Shown piece after piece: positions 42,280 to 53,863 of a stretch of 64,000 bases of DNA. Source of the DNA: Blasia pusilla (taxonomy: Eukaryota); the NCBI GenBank assembly GCA_050084515.1, contig CM114271.1, forward strand, positions 47,678,001 through 47,742,000, given 5' to 3'. The translations under genes and the position numbers were made by a program. The notes beneath the pieces are model-generated. The model had not been told where the DNA came from. It saw nothing but the letters and a program-made list of their open reading frames with translations, and searched no databases. Numbering within the stretch: position 1 is the stretch's first letter; each line of letters begins with the position of its first letter.

Positions 42280-45200
42280 CACCTAGTCTATGATTTCTTC
42301 AGCCTCGTCATCTACAAATTTACTCCTAACTCTCTCGGTGATGAGTACCAAAGGAATGTCTGGGATTCAAGTGGCTCCTTTGGCCGATTGTAGACGGGGA
42401 TCGAAAATGTTGGCAAATTCGAGAGCCTTGGCCCCCTAGGTACATCATAACGGTCCCATGTAACCTGTCTCGAGTCCCACCGCCTTCCTCGGCAGTATAC
42501 CTTGTACGCTCGCAATGTGACACCCATCCAAGTATCAATATCGCTCCGCCCCGGTAATACCACTATGGCAACCGCCTTGACGGTAGAAGGAATCAACACG
42601 TCGAGAGAAGAAAAGAAGCCTCACGCCTTTACGAGTTGAGGGAAGGTGCCAAGGAAGAAGCCCGCCAGATGCCTCATCAAAAGGGTTGATCAGGCAACTG
42701 TCGGAATCAGACAGTTGCTTGGAGGTGGTAAAAGGGTCGATGGTCAAAAGCGAAAAGTTGCAAGGAGGAGAAATCCGACGGGTTGCGATGGTCATAAAGT
42801 GAAAATTGCAAGCGGGAGAAATCCACGGGTTGCAAAGTAGAAGACCGTGGAGTACATATACGATCACATTGAAAAGACAAAATGATCAGCAAACATTTAC
42901 AAGCACCACCATCGATCGAAAAAATCTTCGCTTTATATCATCCGAGAAAAGCTCTTGAATCAGACATTTGATCTATTCTATGAAATCTTTTGCCAAATTA
43001 TCAAAAACTCCCTACTCCAAACGCTGGAGTCAAGTGGTCGTTGAGTTCTTTGAACTAACTCGTCATCGTCCAAGAGCTCTTGCAAAATCACTTTCGGCCT
43101 TGCCCTCCGATTTTGGGAATCGTTGGAAGTGACGATGGAGTCACTACCAAGGGTGGCTCTGGAATCGGAGCTCTCGGCCGGTGGAGAGTTGTACGCCCAA
43201 CGAGCCTTTTGTATTCGCCTTTGCCTCTTTGCAAAGGTCAAGCGATTCTTGCCTTCCCTCGAGGCGAGAGAATGTTCCTGCCACTCTGCTGGCGCCTCGA
43301 TACTAAGCCCCTGAAAGGCCCACTAAGTCGAACACCAAGTCACGGCCTTGAGCAGAGCTCGATGAGCGTTTGCATCGTGGTGGCGACTTTTCCCTTCCTC
43401 CCGAAGGGGAAGTGCTTGTCTTGCATGTAAATCCTCGGGGGAATTGTACAAACTATCTAAGCCGCACCCATCGAGCATGGATCCACAGGATCTGGATCTT
43501 GAACACCTGGAAATTGTGCTCAGCCGAATGAAGCGAGAGCGAGGGGAGTGGTCCATCAGTAAATCAACACAAAACAATGTCGAAACTAAAGAAGTCGCCT
43601 TTGAGAAGATTTTCAATAAGCGACTTTGGATCAACTTTGTCGGAGTCCGGCGGGTTGTTTTGTCTCGGACCAACCCGTCGGAACCCGCGGGTTGATTTCG
43701 GCAAAAAAAGCAGTTTGAGGCAAGCAACCCGTCGGACTCGAGCGGGTTGCTTTGGGGCAAAATCTTCTAAACCTGCGATCACTTTCGAGCAACTCGTGAG
43801 TCCGGCGAGTTGCATTCTTAAAAACAACCTCACAAGGCGGCCTATCGAGCAACCCGTCGGACTCCGACGGTTTGCTTTGGGCCAAAAACTAGTTAAATCT
43901 ATGTTCCATCAAACAAGTAAATTCGAGTCCGAGGAGTGTCAATCTTAAAAAAACATCCGGAAAACCGTGCGGTCTAGCAACCGTCGAGTCCGGCGAAGTT
44001 GCTTCTCGCTAAACAAACCTAACCCATTCATCAATCGAGCAACTCGCCGAGTCCGACGAGTTGCAAAAGTATTAAAGATACTTACGTGTTCATGGCATGC
44101 ATTGCCATCTCCACCGTCGCCATGTGATGAGGGTATGGGTGAAGGACCACTGCCTTCACGCAAAAATGTGCCTCCAATGAGTTGGGGCGCTCCTCCATAA
44201 ACTTGGTCCACGCCATGAACCTGTGATTTCCATCCCACATGAAGAAATGCAGATTCCTCATCCGGCTGAATTCCGTGCCCTCAACTTGCCTTCGAAGTCC
44301 TGGTCTCGCATCCTCCGAATGTGTCGAGATTTTCCAAGTCCTCCTCGGTAACGAGCTTGGGTTCCATGCTCGTCGTAAAGGCTGAACATAGAAGGAGGAA
44401 AATGTCACGTGAGGATCTTTGTTGCCGCCGATTGTTTTAGCTTTTGCGATGTCCTCGTCTTGATCAGATTTCGGGACGTATTCCATTGTCCTTAATCGGC
44501 AGAGTGGAATCTCGGGCGTTGTGGCCCTCCATAAGTGCCATCCGCTTTACCACTGTCGTAACCAGGGACAAGAGGAATAAGCTACACCGAAATCCCAATG
44601 AATTGCAATTCACATAATTAAAAACCTAACCTCTCTTACCCGCTTTGAAAATGGAGTCGGTTTCTTGACCGGCTAACTTGTCCGAGATGGGAGGGCAAAT
44701 CGACCAGGAACTCGTCGATCCGATAGAGGTCGATGTCCTCCACGGGCTTGGAGTCGAGAATGACCGCTCTCGGCTTCTTCGGCCATGTCCACCATCTCCA
44801 CTGTTGGCGGTCCTCATGACCTCGTCGTCATCGATTTGAATCGGTGTTGTTTCCACTATGTTGATTGTGTCCCCGGACTTCGTGGGGACATTTCCGCATC
44901 TCAACACTTGCGGTTGGGCGGGCGGGCTATCGTCAATGGCTATCGCTTTTTCCGCCTCGCTTTAGCCAATTCCGCCCTCCTCGCGCCCAGACGCTTCTTT
45001 TTCTCTCTTTTCGTTCGGGCGATCCTTTTCTTCAAGGCTGCGGCGACTTGGCCTCTTCGTTCTGTTTATCTAGCGCCGCTTGAACACGTCTCGAGCACTT
45101 GGTTGTGCATCTCGCTTCCCTTTCCGCTCCTCGATTTCTGCTGCCGCCTAATTTCATTCGCGAGCTTAACGAGACGCAGAGTCCTAATGGACTTGGGAGT

Positions 45201-45450
45201 GAAGCTCCGGACTTGTTGGCTTGTGTTTTTTTCCTCGTCATTTTTGCCGAAATGCCTCCACCTATGTCCACGAATCCCTTGATGATCGCCTTGCTGATGC
45301 CGAGATGGGAGCTCGTCTTGCCTTGATGGTTAACTCGAATCGTCTCGATATCGCCGGTCGAACCGTCTTGCTCGTTCCCTCCCCTATCGACTCGCGATGT
45401 GTCGCCGCGTGAAATGCCCCCTTCAGTATGTGATCAATCGCTGCTGGCGG
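42280..45450 (-). pseudogene. Spliced cargo gene with ParB/Sulfiredoxin-like motif; frameshifted as given
   Basis: 'EIPLCRLRTMEYV...DEDIAK' then 'SSFYVQP' then 'FFMWDGNHRFMAW' (DGNHR at 44220-44234, fits GxxRxxA). GTAAG donor at 44085; candidate acceptors at 43507 and 42698; charged low-complexity N-terminus. Confidence 0.6.
43632..44064. repeat. Array of ~8 palindromic ~26-bp repeats, period ~60 bp, in a predicted intron
   Basis: Units at 43632, 43670, 43724, 43789, 43849, ~43915, 43977, 44039; for example GCAACCCGTCGGACTCCGACGGTTTGC. Confidence 0.85.
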
Positions 45451-45608
45451 GAGAGTGAGGAGTGAGAATGAAGATCACAAAATGAGAAACCGGAAATGAG
45501 CGATTTCTGCCCTATTTATACTTTTCTAGCCGTTGGCTGACCGTTGGTTGGGTCCGTCGTCCTTCGACGGCGACGTGCGGATGTTACGGAAGTCCGGCGT
45601 GAAAAATC

Positions 45609-46320
45609 GCAACCCGTCGAGTCCGACAGTTGCGCGGCTCTACCATCTTGTGTCCGTCGCCACGGCGCTGAAAGCAACCCGTCGAGAGACCGGCAGGTTG
45701 AGCGCTCTGTCGTCTTCGAAAAGAACGCGAGGTTCCCGCGCAACCCGCCGGAGACCGACATGTTGCGCGCCTCCGCCATCCTGGTACGTCAAGACGCGTC
45801 GCGGCAACCCGTCGGAGACCGACGGGTTGAGCGCACTCCATAAATCTTCGAAAACAACGCGAGGTACGCGCAACCCGTCGGAGCCCGACATGTTGCGCGC
45901 CTCCGCGTGTTTAGGATGGGAATCGGGCGTTTCTTGGGCAATCCGTCGGAGACCGTTGGTTGCACGCCCTCATCAAGGGTTAGGAACCAGGGCTTCCGTG
46001 CAAGTTTTGAGTCCGGCCGGCTGCACCACAAGGCGAGGCCCTTGCGCAACCCGTTGGGGCGGGTTGCACGCCCGCCTCTTTGGGCTAAAGGCCACGCACC
46101 CGCCAAACTCGTCGAGAAAGAGCGGTTTACGCCTCCGGCATCTTCGGGCAAGAAGGATCGGTATTTGAGAAACTTCGTTGAGAGCGACGGGTTGCTCGCT
46201 TTGACAATGTTTAGCGAAGCGTGCAACCCGTTCGATGCCGACCGGTTTGTTGAGCCGGTTAGCCGGGTAATTTCGAGTTACCAGGACTCGAGCGGGTTCC
46301 AAGTGTGATCGCAACCCTCA
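45609..46320. repeat. Array of ~11 palindromic repeats, period ~65 bp, between the divergent genes
   Basis: Units at 45609, 45674, 45740, 45804, 45870, 45938, 46000, 46046, ~46102, ~46169, 46223. Confidence 0.88.
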
Positions 46321-46522
46321 CGCTTCCCAAATCCGGTAACATATTGCAACATGAATTGAATGTATTCTGGTGGATCCATTGTGTCGACAATGTCACCCAC
46401 CGAATTCATCTTGTCAGTAAAAATCTGTCAGGAGTATCTGTTTCCTATTCACTATAAATTAAATATTCTCATTCTCATTCTCATTCTCATTCTCAGTCTC
46501 CTCTTGTAGGAATCTTCTTGGA

Positions 46523-49500
46523 ATGGATAATTATGTTAAGCTCACTTGTGGCAGTCATCTGGCGGCCCTTCCTCAATCGGAAATCATTCGACCCCAAGCT
46601 CGTGAGTCTTTCATAGCAGTGGATGAAAATTTTCTGTCTATTCGATTTCTTCTTCAAATTGGAACCATCTATGTATCCAAAGATGTTAGGGTGGACGGTA
46701 CGGAAGACATAATAGGTGAGATGGTCTAGCCTGTGACCTCAGACCATAAAGTATGGAATCTCCTACCTCTACCAAATGGTCAATACAGAGTTTACGGCCT
46801 GCCCCTTGAATTCGTCTGTTTCCCAAGTAGACGGTCTAGAATTTCCTAGTGCTCCGAGCTCTACGTTTGCAACTCCAAGCTCTGCAGATCCGGCTTCGAC
46901 TCCAACTTCGCACGCTCGTGACAATGTTGTTTTTCCAAAAGAGATTCCGGATGTTATCAACCTCAGTGGATCTGTCGAGCACCAATCGGGCCCTCTGTCC
47001 ACCTACTCGTTCCTCTTACGAGTATCAGGAAATAGTTTGCTTTCGTCTCGCCCTTGAAAATGTTCAAGCACATTCTTGTCGATTTGCCGCCCACGCACGA
47101 TGCTAATTGCATTTTTGAGTTGCCTCCACTTCGCTCTGCTCAAAAGAAGGATGGAGGGCGCTGAAGGGTATGGACGAAAGTCGATTGTCATCGATGGTGC
47201 AGGCTTCAACGGACCGGTGCTTCCATCCGAGATGGTCTTGGATTGTCTCCGCCGCCAATGCGTGGGAGCCTTGGAGTGTAGAAGTCCAGCATGCCCGTAT
47301 CTAGAGCGCAACGGGCGAGTCAATACGTCGCAATTCCCCCCCAAGAATGCAGAAACTCCATACGAGGTGGGTGCCACAATACCGCTGGGAGGCCATCGAT
47401 GTCCTCATTGTCAAGCACCGCCCATGCGTTGGAGCGTGTCTGCATACATATTTTCATTGTCCATGACATGGGCTCCACGCCGAGTATACAAGGTGGCGAT
47501 TCATGTTGGCTCCCATACTCATCCTGTGACTGATGCAATTCAAAGACACATCAAGGAGGATGTGGCGAAGAAAGTAGCCGAGGTCTTCAGAACTCTCCGG
47601 GTTCAAAGCCGGTGATCAAGCTCACAACGGCATCACAAATTTGTGAACAATTGCTTGGAATCCTGGGGAGGCGAGATCACGGCGGTTGAGGAGAAACAAC
47701 TGGGAAAATCTCGCATTTCTCGCTGATCCTGAATGCTTCCGGAATTTGCTGCGTCGGTCGAGTTCGGATGGAAAGACGGCGAAATGGATGCCATTGCGTA
47801 ATCAAGGCCAACTCCGATTTCCATTCATTCAGAGATGGCAGTTCATGGGCCAAGGAGGCGAGGATCAGGGCCTATGTCTTCAAAATGTCAACCACAGTCC
47901 GTCGAGTGGCCTCGATCTTATAGATCGAATGAGGGAAGGGGAAGATCTTTACGGAGCTGGTCGGCTTTGATATTTGCTCTGAGTCTTTGAACGGATGGTT
48001 GGCGATGGGTGCTCACGTTTATGACCATGTGGAGAAGGGACTCACAACTATATTTATGTGTGAAGTAAAGCGAGCGAAGATGTTGGCGGTTTGAAGATGT
48101 CTTTGGTTACTCTTATTGGAGGTGGTGAAGGAAAACAAAAGGCCACCTCAGGAAATTTATGGGTTCATGATGGACAATGCACAACTGGGTGGATTGCTAT
48201 CCGGGAAGTGTTCGGGGTGGAGAGGTTCAACGGAGAGGGAAAGGTCGGATGCTTTCCATTGGCTTGATCTGTGACCCGGTACACCAAATCTTGCATCAAG
48301 GAGAATAAGAGGACAGAGCATGTCACTCTACTCCAACGCTGCAAGGCAACAAAACTTGAAGCGAGGCCATGGGCGCCGGGAAGAACTTCATGGGTGGTGG
48401 AGGAAGCATGCGATTGAGGGAAGTACAAAGAGTCGTGCTCTTGGTTGAGTTGGTGGATCGTATGAGACAATGGGGAAACTTCATCGGCGGCGGTGAGTTC
48501 ACTATTTTGTCTTGTCAAGCTCACGCGAGAATTGTTTGTAAAGTTGTAGCTCAGGGTGAGAAGCGTGGGAATTATATGGATTTCAAACCCAAGAAACCAA
48601 GCAAGTCGTCGGATCGACGGGTTGCCGAGTGTGCAACCCGGAAACGGAAACCGGCCGGGTTGCATCCAGATGTTTGGTATCGTCCTGAGTGTGCAACCCG
48701 TCGAGACCCGACGGGTCACGGAGTCGTTCATGGGATGCCTCGGCCTTGCAACCCGTCAGGTTCCGACGGGTTGCAGTAGGTGGGTTTAAGGTTACAACAC
48801 GTCGGGACCCGACGGGTCGCAGAGTCGTTCATGGGATGCCTCGGGCCTGCAACCCGCCTGGTTCCGACAGGTTGCTTATTTCTTTGACTCCTGGGTTATT
48901 TTCGTTCCCTTCTAACATTGGTCGTTTGCGAGGATTGAACGTTCATGAAAATGCCCTCTCGCCCCAACACAAGTGGAGCAGAAAGTGTTCATTCCTCTTG
49001 AGTCGTCACAAACATGCCAACAATTTCATTTGTGGAGGCATGCCAACAAGACCAGGCAAGAGCAATGCTACGATCTGCGGCATCCCATATCTTCCTCACA
49101 AAAGGCATAACAAAAGAAAGGGGCCGTCGATCTCGAGCTCTATGTCGTATGTGAGATCTCGGTGATGAAAATTGTATGTCAAAGCCTTCAACCGGTGCGT
49201 AGCTGGAACTCCACTCGATCAAGACGCGTACATAGGTGGGGATATTCGTGGGCGGGTTTCAAGACGCCCCATACTGAGATGGTGGTAGAGCGGTCCAAAC
49301 GAGACTCGTGGAGACCAGATAAGTATCTTGACTTCAGGCAGGTGAAGAGGCAGCATCGAGGAACAAATCCGGTGATTGATTTGGATGAGGAAATTACACC
49401 GCCCAGGTATTCGGGGACCCCGGACCCGTCCCAAATCCGTGATGGAGTTACTTCTCCAAAATCGTGAATGTTTTATTTCAAAAGCCCTCCGTTCTTCGGA

Positions 49501-50411
49501 AGTTCGCAACATCCTGCCACAGGGTGGTTCAACAATATGGGATTCCGGTAATGGAGGTGGATTGCAACCTAAAAAGGTGGCATATATCTCGGAGCAACCC
49601 ATGACGTGGACCCACCTGCAAGGCAGGATCTGATGGCATTAGGAGAGCATGCGGCACTTTCCTAAATAAGAACTCTACAAGGACTGGACGACCATTGCCT
49701 GGGTTTTGGGGACTCAAAACCTTTGATCGTTTCACAAGGAACGGGGATCAATTGAAGTACTTCTTCTGCCCAAATGAATCTTGCGCTTTCCGGAAGTCTT
49801 ATCCGGCTGCCATTGGAGCTCTCGGGAATACCCCCACGATTTGACCCATCGCCGCAGGCACGAACTGCATTCAAGACGAAGTGGACAATCTTACAAGTGC
49901 CGGTTTTAGACTCGTAGACGGGGGAAGTTCGGAGCATGTTCGCATTATAGAGACCTTCGCATTTCGTATTCAACCCAAGATTGATGTCAACATGTACCCG
50001 GAGAAGGTGGATGATCTCAATCCATTATTTCTGTTTGAGTCTAGAAATGGGATGAAGAGAAATAGAATGTGTAGGCCAACGGTGGAGAGAGCAAAACGAA
50101 TTGCATCTGCTCGGGAGGCAAAAATGGAGATCATCGCTTCGAAAGATGTCGTGAGTGGCAATGGAATAGGAAGGATGTATTGGGTCAGGAACAACACTGT
50201 AAATTCAAGTGTCACAGGGGTGTATGTGGTGCACATCTCTTGCTTTCCCACATGTTCATATGATGACTTTGTCCAAAGAGAGACAAGTGGAAAAAGGTAT
50301 TTCCCTTGTAAGCACATGTACTATGTGTTCTTTGGTAGTTTTAAGAGAGTCGGAGGTAGGAGTAGGAATCCACCAACCACCCTGTCCCTCAAAGAAGTTC
50401 AAGTATTTTAA
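46523..50411 (+). pseudogene. MULE-type transposase with GCM/WRKY-like N-terminal zinc domain and C-terminal SWIM finger; frameshifted as given
   Basis: 'RQCVGALECRSPAC...RCPHC...IHVGSHTHP' (47240-47525); 'GFMMDNAQLGWIAIREVFG' (~48160-48220); 'CFHW' (~48250); 'PNTSGAESVH' (~48965-48990); SWIM-like 'PTCSYDDF...PCKHMYYV' (50245-50325). Confidence 0.75.
48601..48875. repeat. Six palindromic repeats in the predicted transposase intron
   Basis: Units at 48601, 48633, 48693, 48748 (GCAACCCGTCAGGTTCCGACGGGTTGC), 48794, 48849; includes a 101-bp-period duplication. Confidence 0.88.
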
Positions 50412-51238
50412 ACAAACCACTTTGAGGATGCAAAATGAGGTTTTAGATTGTACTTTTATTTTTTTCTCAACCTTCCTTTGTGAGCTTGAACTCTATTAAG
50501 CCCGGGGCAAATGATAGATTTTTCCAGACCTTGGATGGAAAAAGTGATTGTTCCACACTTATGATTCCACATATTTTTCAGTTTTGTAAATTTTGTGCAA
50601 TTTGCAACTCGTCGGACTCACAGGGGTTGCCAAAATATGGAAGAGGAAAAAAAAACTGTGGGATTGTTTAATAAATGAACAAAAAAGTGCAAAAAAATTC
50701 ACACAAAAAGTTTCCTCTCTTCAACCCAACGGAAACTCTCTTCAAAAAAAAGTATCTATTTCGGTTGAAGGTAGTTTCCTCTCTCCTCTCTCCTCTCTTC
50801 CTCTCTTCCTCTCCTCTTACCGCACCTCCAGAAGTCGCCAGAGTACCTTCCACCATGGTAAAGGGAGCCACCGCATTCTCTCCATAATCTTTGTTATGGA
50901 ACTCATTCTGGCGTCTGTAGGCTTTTTTTTTTTTGCTATGGAAGATCCTTAACCTGTGCTTTCCCCGCCTCATTTTGTTTGGCTACCAATAGAGTTGGCT
51001 TTTTAGATGAAATCGATGGCATTTTAGGGCTGTTTGTGTCCAATTGCACAATTTCTTCAATCCCATCCTTGAGTTTCTTGTGCGTGTAGGGGAGGAGACG
51101 TTGGAAGCGGCAAGAGACACGGTTCACTTCGGAGATCATTGTATTGAGAGCATAGTGCTTTCCACCTCAATAAATTGAACCACCGTAGTGTCTATGTAAC
51201 CTATTCCTCGTCGTGGAACTCAATCGGTTGCGCTTAGT

Positions 51239-51242
<4 letters not shown>

Positions 51243-51310
<68 letters not shown>
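51243..51310. repeat. (CT)n microsatellite
   Basis: Directly visible. Confidence 0.97.
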
Positions 51311-51312
<2 letters not shown>

Positions 51313-52343
51313 GCCTAAAGCAAATGTCCATCTACAAAGTTGTGTTTTTCGGCTTGTGCATGTGAGTATTGTTTGAATCTGATGACACATGGAACCCCAA
51401 AAGCTAAAACAAAGTCCAACTTTAATTCCAAGGTTTCTTGGACATTCAATAGGCTTCAAAGAATCAAGAGCAATTTGACCAATGCCTCTATGATCCCATT
51501 GCATTGAAGACGTCGTCTTGTTTGAAGAATTTAGGGTGTTCAATAAATTGGTCACTTGTTTTAATGTCAAAGCTTCTAGAAAAAAATGCATCAGCATAAT
51601 TGATGGGGATAGGGGGTTGGACAAGTGAACATGATCCATAATAAAGTCTGAACATCACGCTTCTGATGAGACGATTAGTAATATTGTGAAGGGTGTTTTC
51701 ATAAGTTGGTTGTATTATGAGGGTACTGAGCTAGCGACATTATGTATGAAGGACTTTGGAAGTTAGTGAAGAAACTTTCACCATACTAGAGCCTAGACGA
51801 ATCACCACTAAATGAAGAATTATTTTTTAATACTTCATGGAATTTCACACTCCTCGGCAAAGATTAGATAATGAACCCCCGAGAGGTTAATTGCCCAGTA
51901 CAACATGGATCTAAAAGCTTCTCCCCACAGCTTGACATCCATAATCCCATGTAGATGGTTTGCATCTGTATGTAAGGTCATATTTGAACCAAATTTACCA
52001 CCCCCTCTCACTCAGTCGAGATATAATGGAGCCTAGCTTCATGTCAAGTCCAATATTTCATGCATGGATCATCTTCTTTCATGCGTGGCGTCCAAAGAAA
52101 GGCTCAGGGACCTGTTGAATTTGACATCACAACAAGAAATATTTTACACATCTTTCCAAGAAGAAGATGATACAAGGCTCTTACAAAAATAGTGATTACA
52201 TCTCGATAATCATGAGAATACTCCAAAAATTCATAAATCTTATCTTAGGTCTCAAATTTGACACCTTCCACTTTCGTTGACAAAACAATTTCACCCACCA
52301 CCATATTTCATCCTTGTGTGAGTGGATACGAGTGTATGCAGAC

Positions 52344-52644
52344 CATGGTTGCACAAAAACGGACAAGTCCTTCCTTAGGACGGAAAGTCTGGACATGTAC
52401 ACTGACATGGGTTCCAAGAGTGAGGACCCACATTTTTAGTCCATGATGGAAGGCAAGGTAAGGGCGAGAGGAGCAATGAGGGAGGAGGGAGTGGAGGTGG
52501 AGGGAGGAAGAAATGGGGGAGTATGGAACACGAAGGCAAGTAAGGGGAATGAGAAAGAATGGAAAGGTGGGGCCCATACGGACACGTCCTTCCATGGGAT
52601 GGAAATAAGTCCACGGACATGGAATTTGCCCACATGCAACCTTG
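52344..52644. mobile_element. Non-autonomous hAT element (MITE), 301 bp
   Basis: TIRs CATGGTTGCA and TGCAACCTTG; perfect 8-bp TSD ATGCAGAC (52336-52343 and 52645-52652). Confidence 0.9.
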
Positions 52645-53682
52645 ATGCAGACGTCAAGGAAAGTAAACAAAAAGTGCAATTTGGCATATACACGATGGTC
52701 ATCCATCATCACATCTTTGAAATCCTTTGAATAAGAATACCATGTATGTGCGCCTAACTCGTTCGAACGAAACCACCTGGAAAGTCGCAATGTAGGTGTA
52801 GGAGCTATGTATGAATTATTTGATTACCTCGCAGCTGGCCCAAGGCAATGACAGCTTCACGCTGGTTAGAGCTACAATCTGAGGCCGACTGAAAAGCTTG
52901 CGTAGTTCTGGAGCTTGTGCAGGTAATGATACTACTTCTTTGCCAAAAGTGGTTTCCTCATGAGCTATTAAGATTTTAATTGATGTTCTCCATGGAATTG
53001 AGGCAAGGAAAATCTATGGCACTCAAAAACTTGCATCGTGCGCTTGAGAATACAAAACTTTGGAGCCCTAAACTACTATTATAAAGTCTTGGAGGCTCTA
53101 GACAGAAAAAAAATTGAGTGAAATCTCTTATTCGAGCCCAAATTCACACAATGGCAAACAATGGCCTCTTTTTCTTTCATTCTTGCAATGCCGTCGCTGT
53201 TGTTGTGAGCCTTGGGGATTTGGTGCAACTTTTTTGGCTCAAGATTTGACCTTCCACTTTCGAGCTTCGGATGTCGGATCTAGTTGGTATGTGGATCTCC
53301 AACCTTAAAATGAAACTAAGCGAGGAGTGCAGAAGTGATGAAGAATTAATGTTATGCCTTTGATTCGGTAGAGTTGATACTAAGCTCCCTAGCATGAAAT
53401 ATTAATCTAGCTTCAATCGTGTCGCGCTCGATGCTTGATATCGGTTTGAGAGTAGGCTGTGGTACGTGAGGGGAAAATTAACACTAGTCACTATAGAATT
53501 TTGCAAGTGGTTCTTTGTAGTTTCTTGTTCCCCTCTTATCTCTCTCTACCCCTCCCATTACACTCTCCAACGCCGTCCTGTTAGTGCGCGTCTATCATGG
53601 CAAGTTTACGACGTGCAAAACTTATGAGAACAATCTCTCTCTCTGTAACTCATTAGTCCCATGGTCCTCCTAGCGGGTAATA

Positions 53683-53863
<181 letters not shown>

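Larger units (their letters stand above)
41314..50820 (+). mobile_element. Mutator-like (MULE) DNA transposon with two divergent genes; ends approximate
   Basis: Purine-rich inverted ends GTAAGAGAGGAGAGGAAGAGAGG (41314) and CCTCTCTTCCTCTCCTCTTAC (ending 50820); MULE transposase motifs; one palindromic repeat family throughout. No TSD found. Confidence 0.65.

Noticed and set aside
45516-46314. Many overlapping ORFs on both strands
   Set aside because: By-product of GC-rich palindromic repeats; no protein motifs.
45609-46320. CRISPR array
   Set aside because: Eukaryotic TE context, no cas genes, degenerate repeats, and alternate spacers are duplicates of each other (TCTTCGAAAA.AACGCGAGGT occurs twice). 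Kept as a palindromic repeat array.
51350-52300. Possible degraded minus-strand coding remnant
   Set aside because: No recognisable motif could be read.
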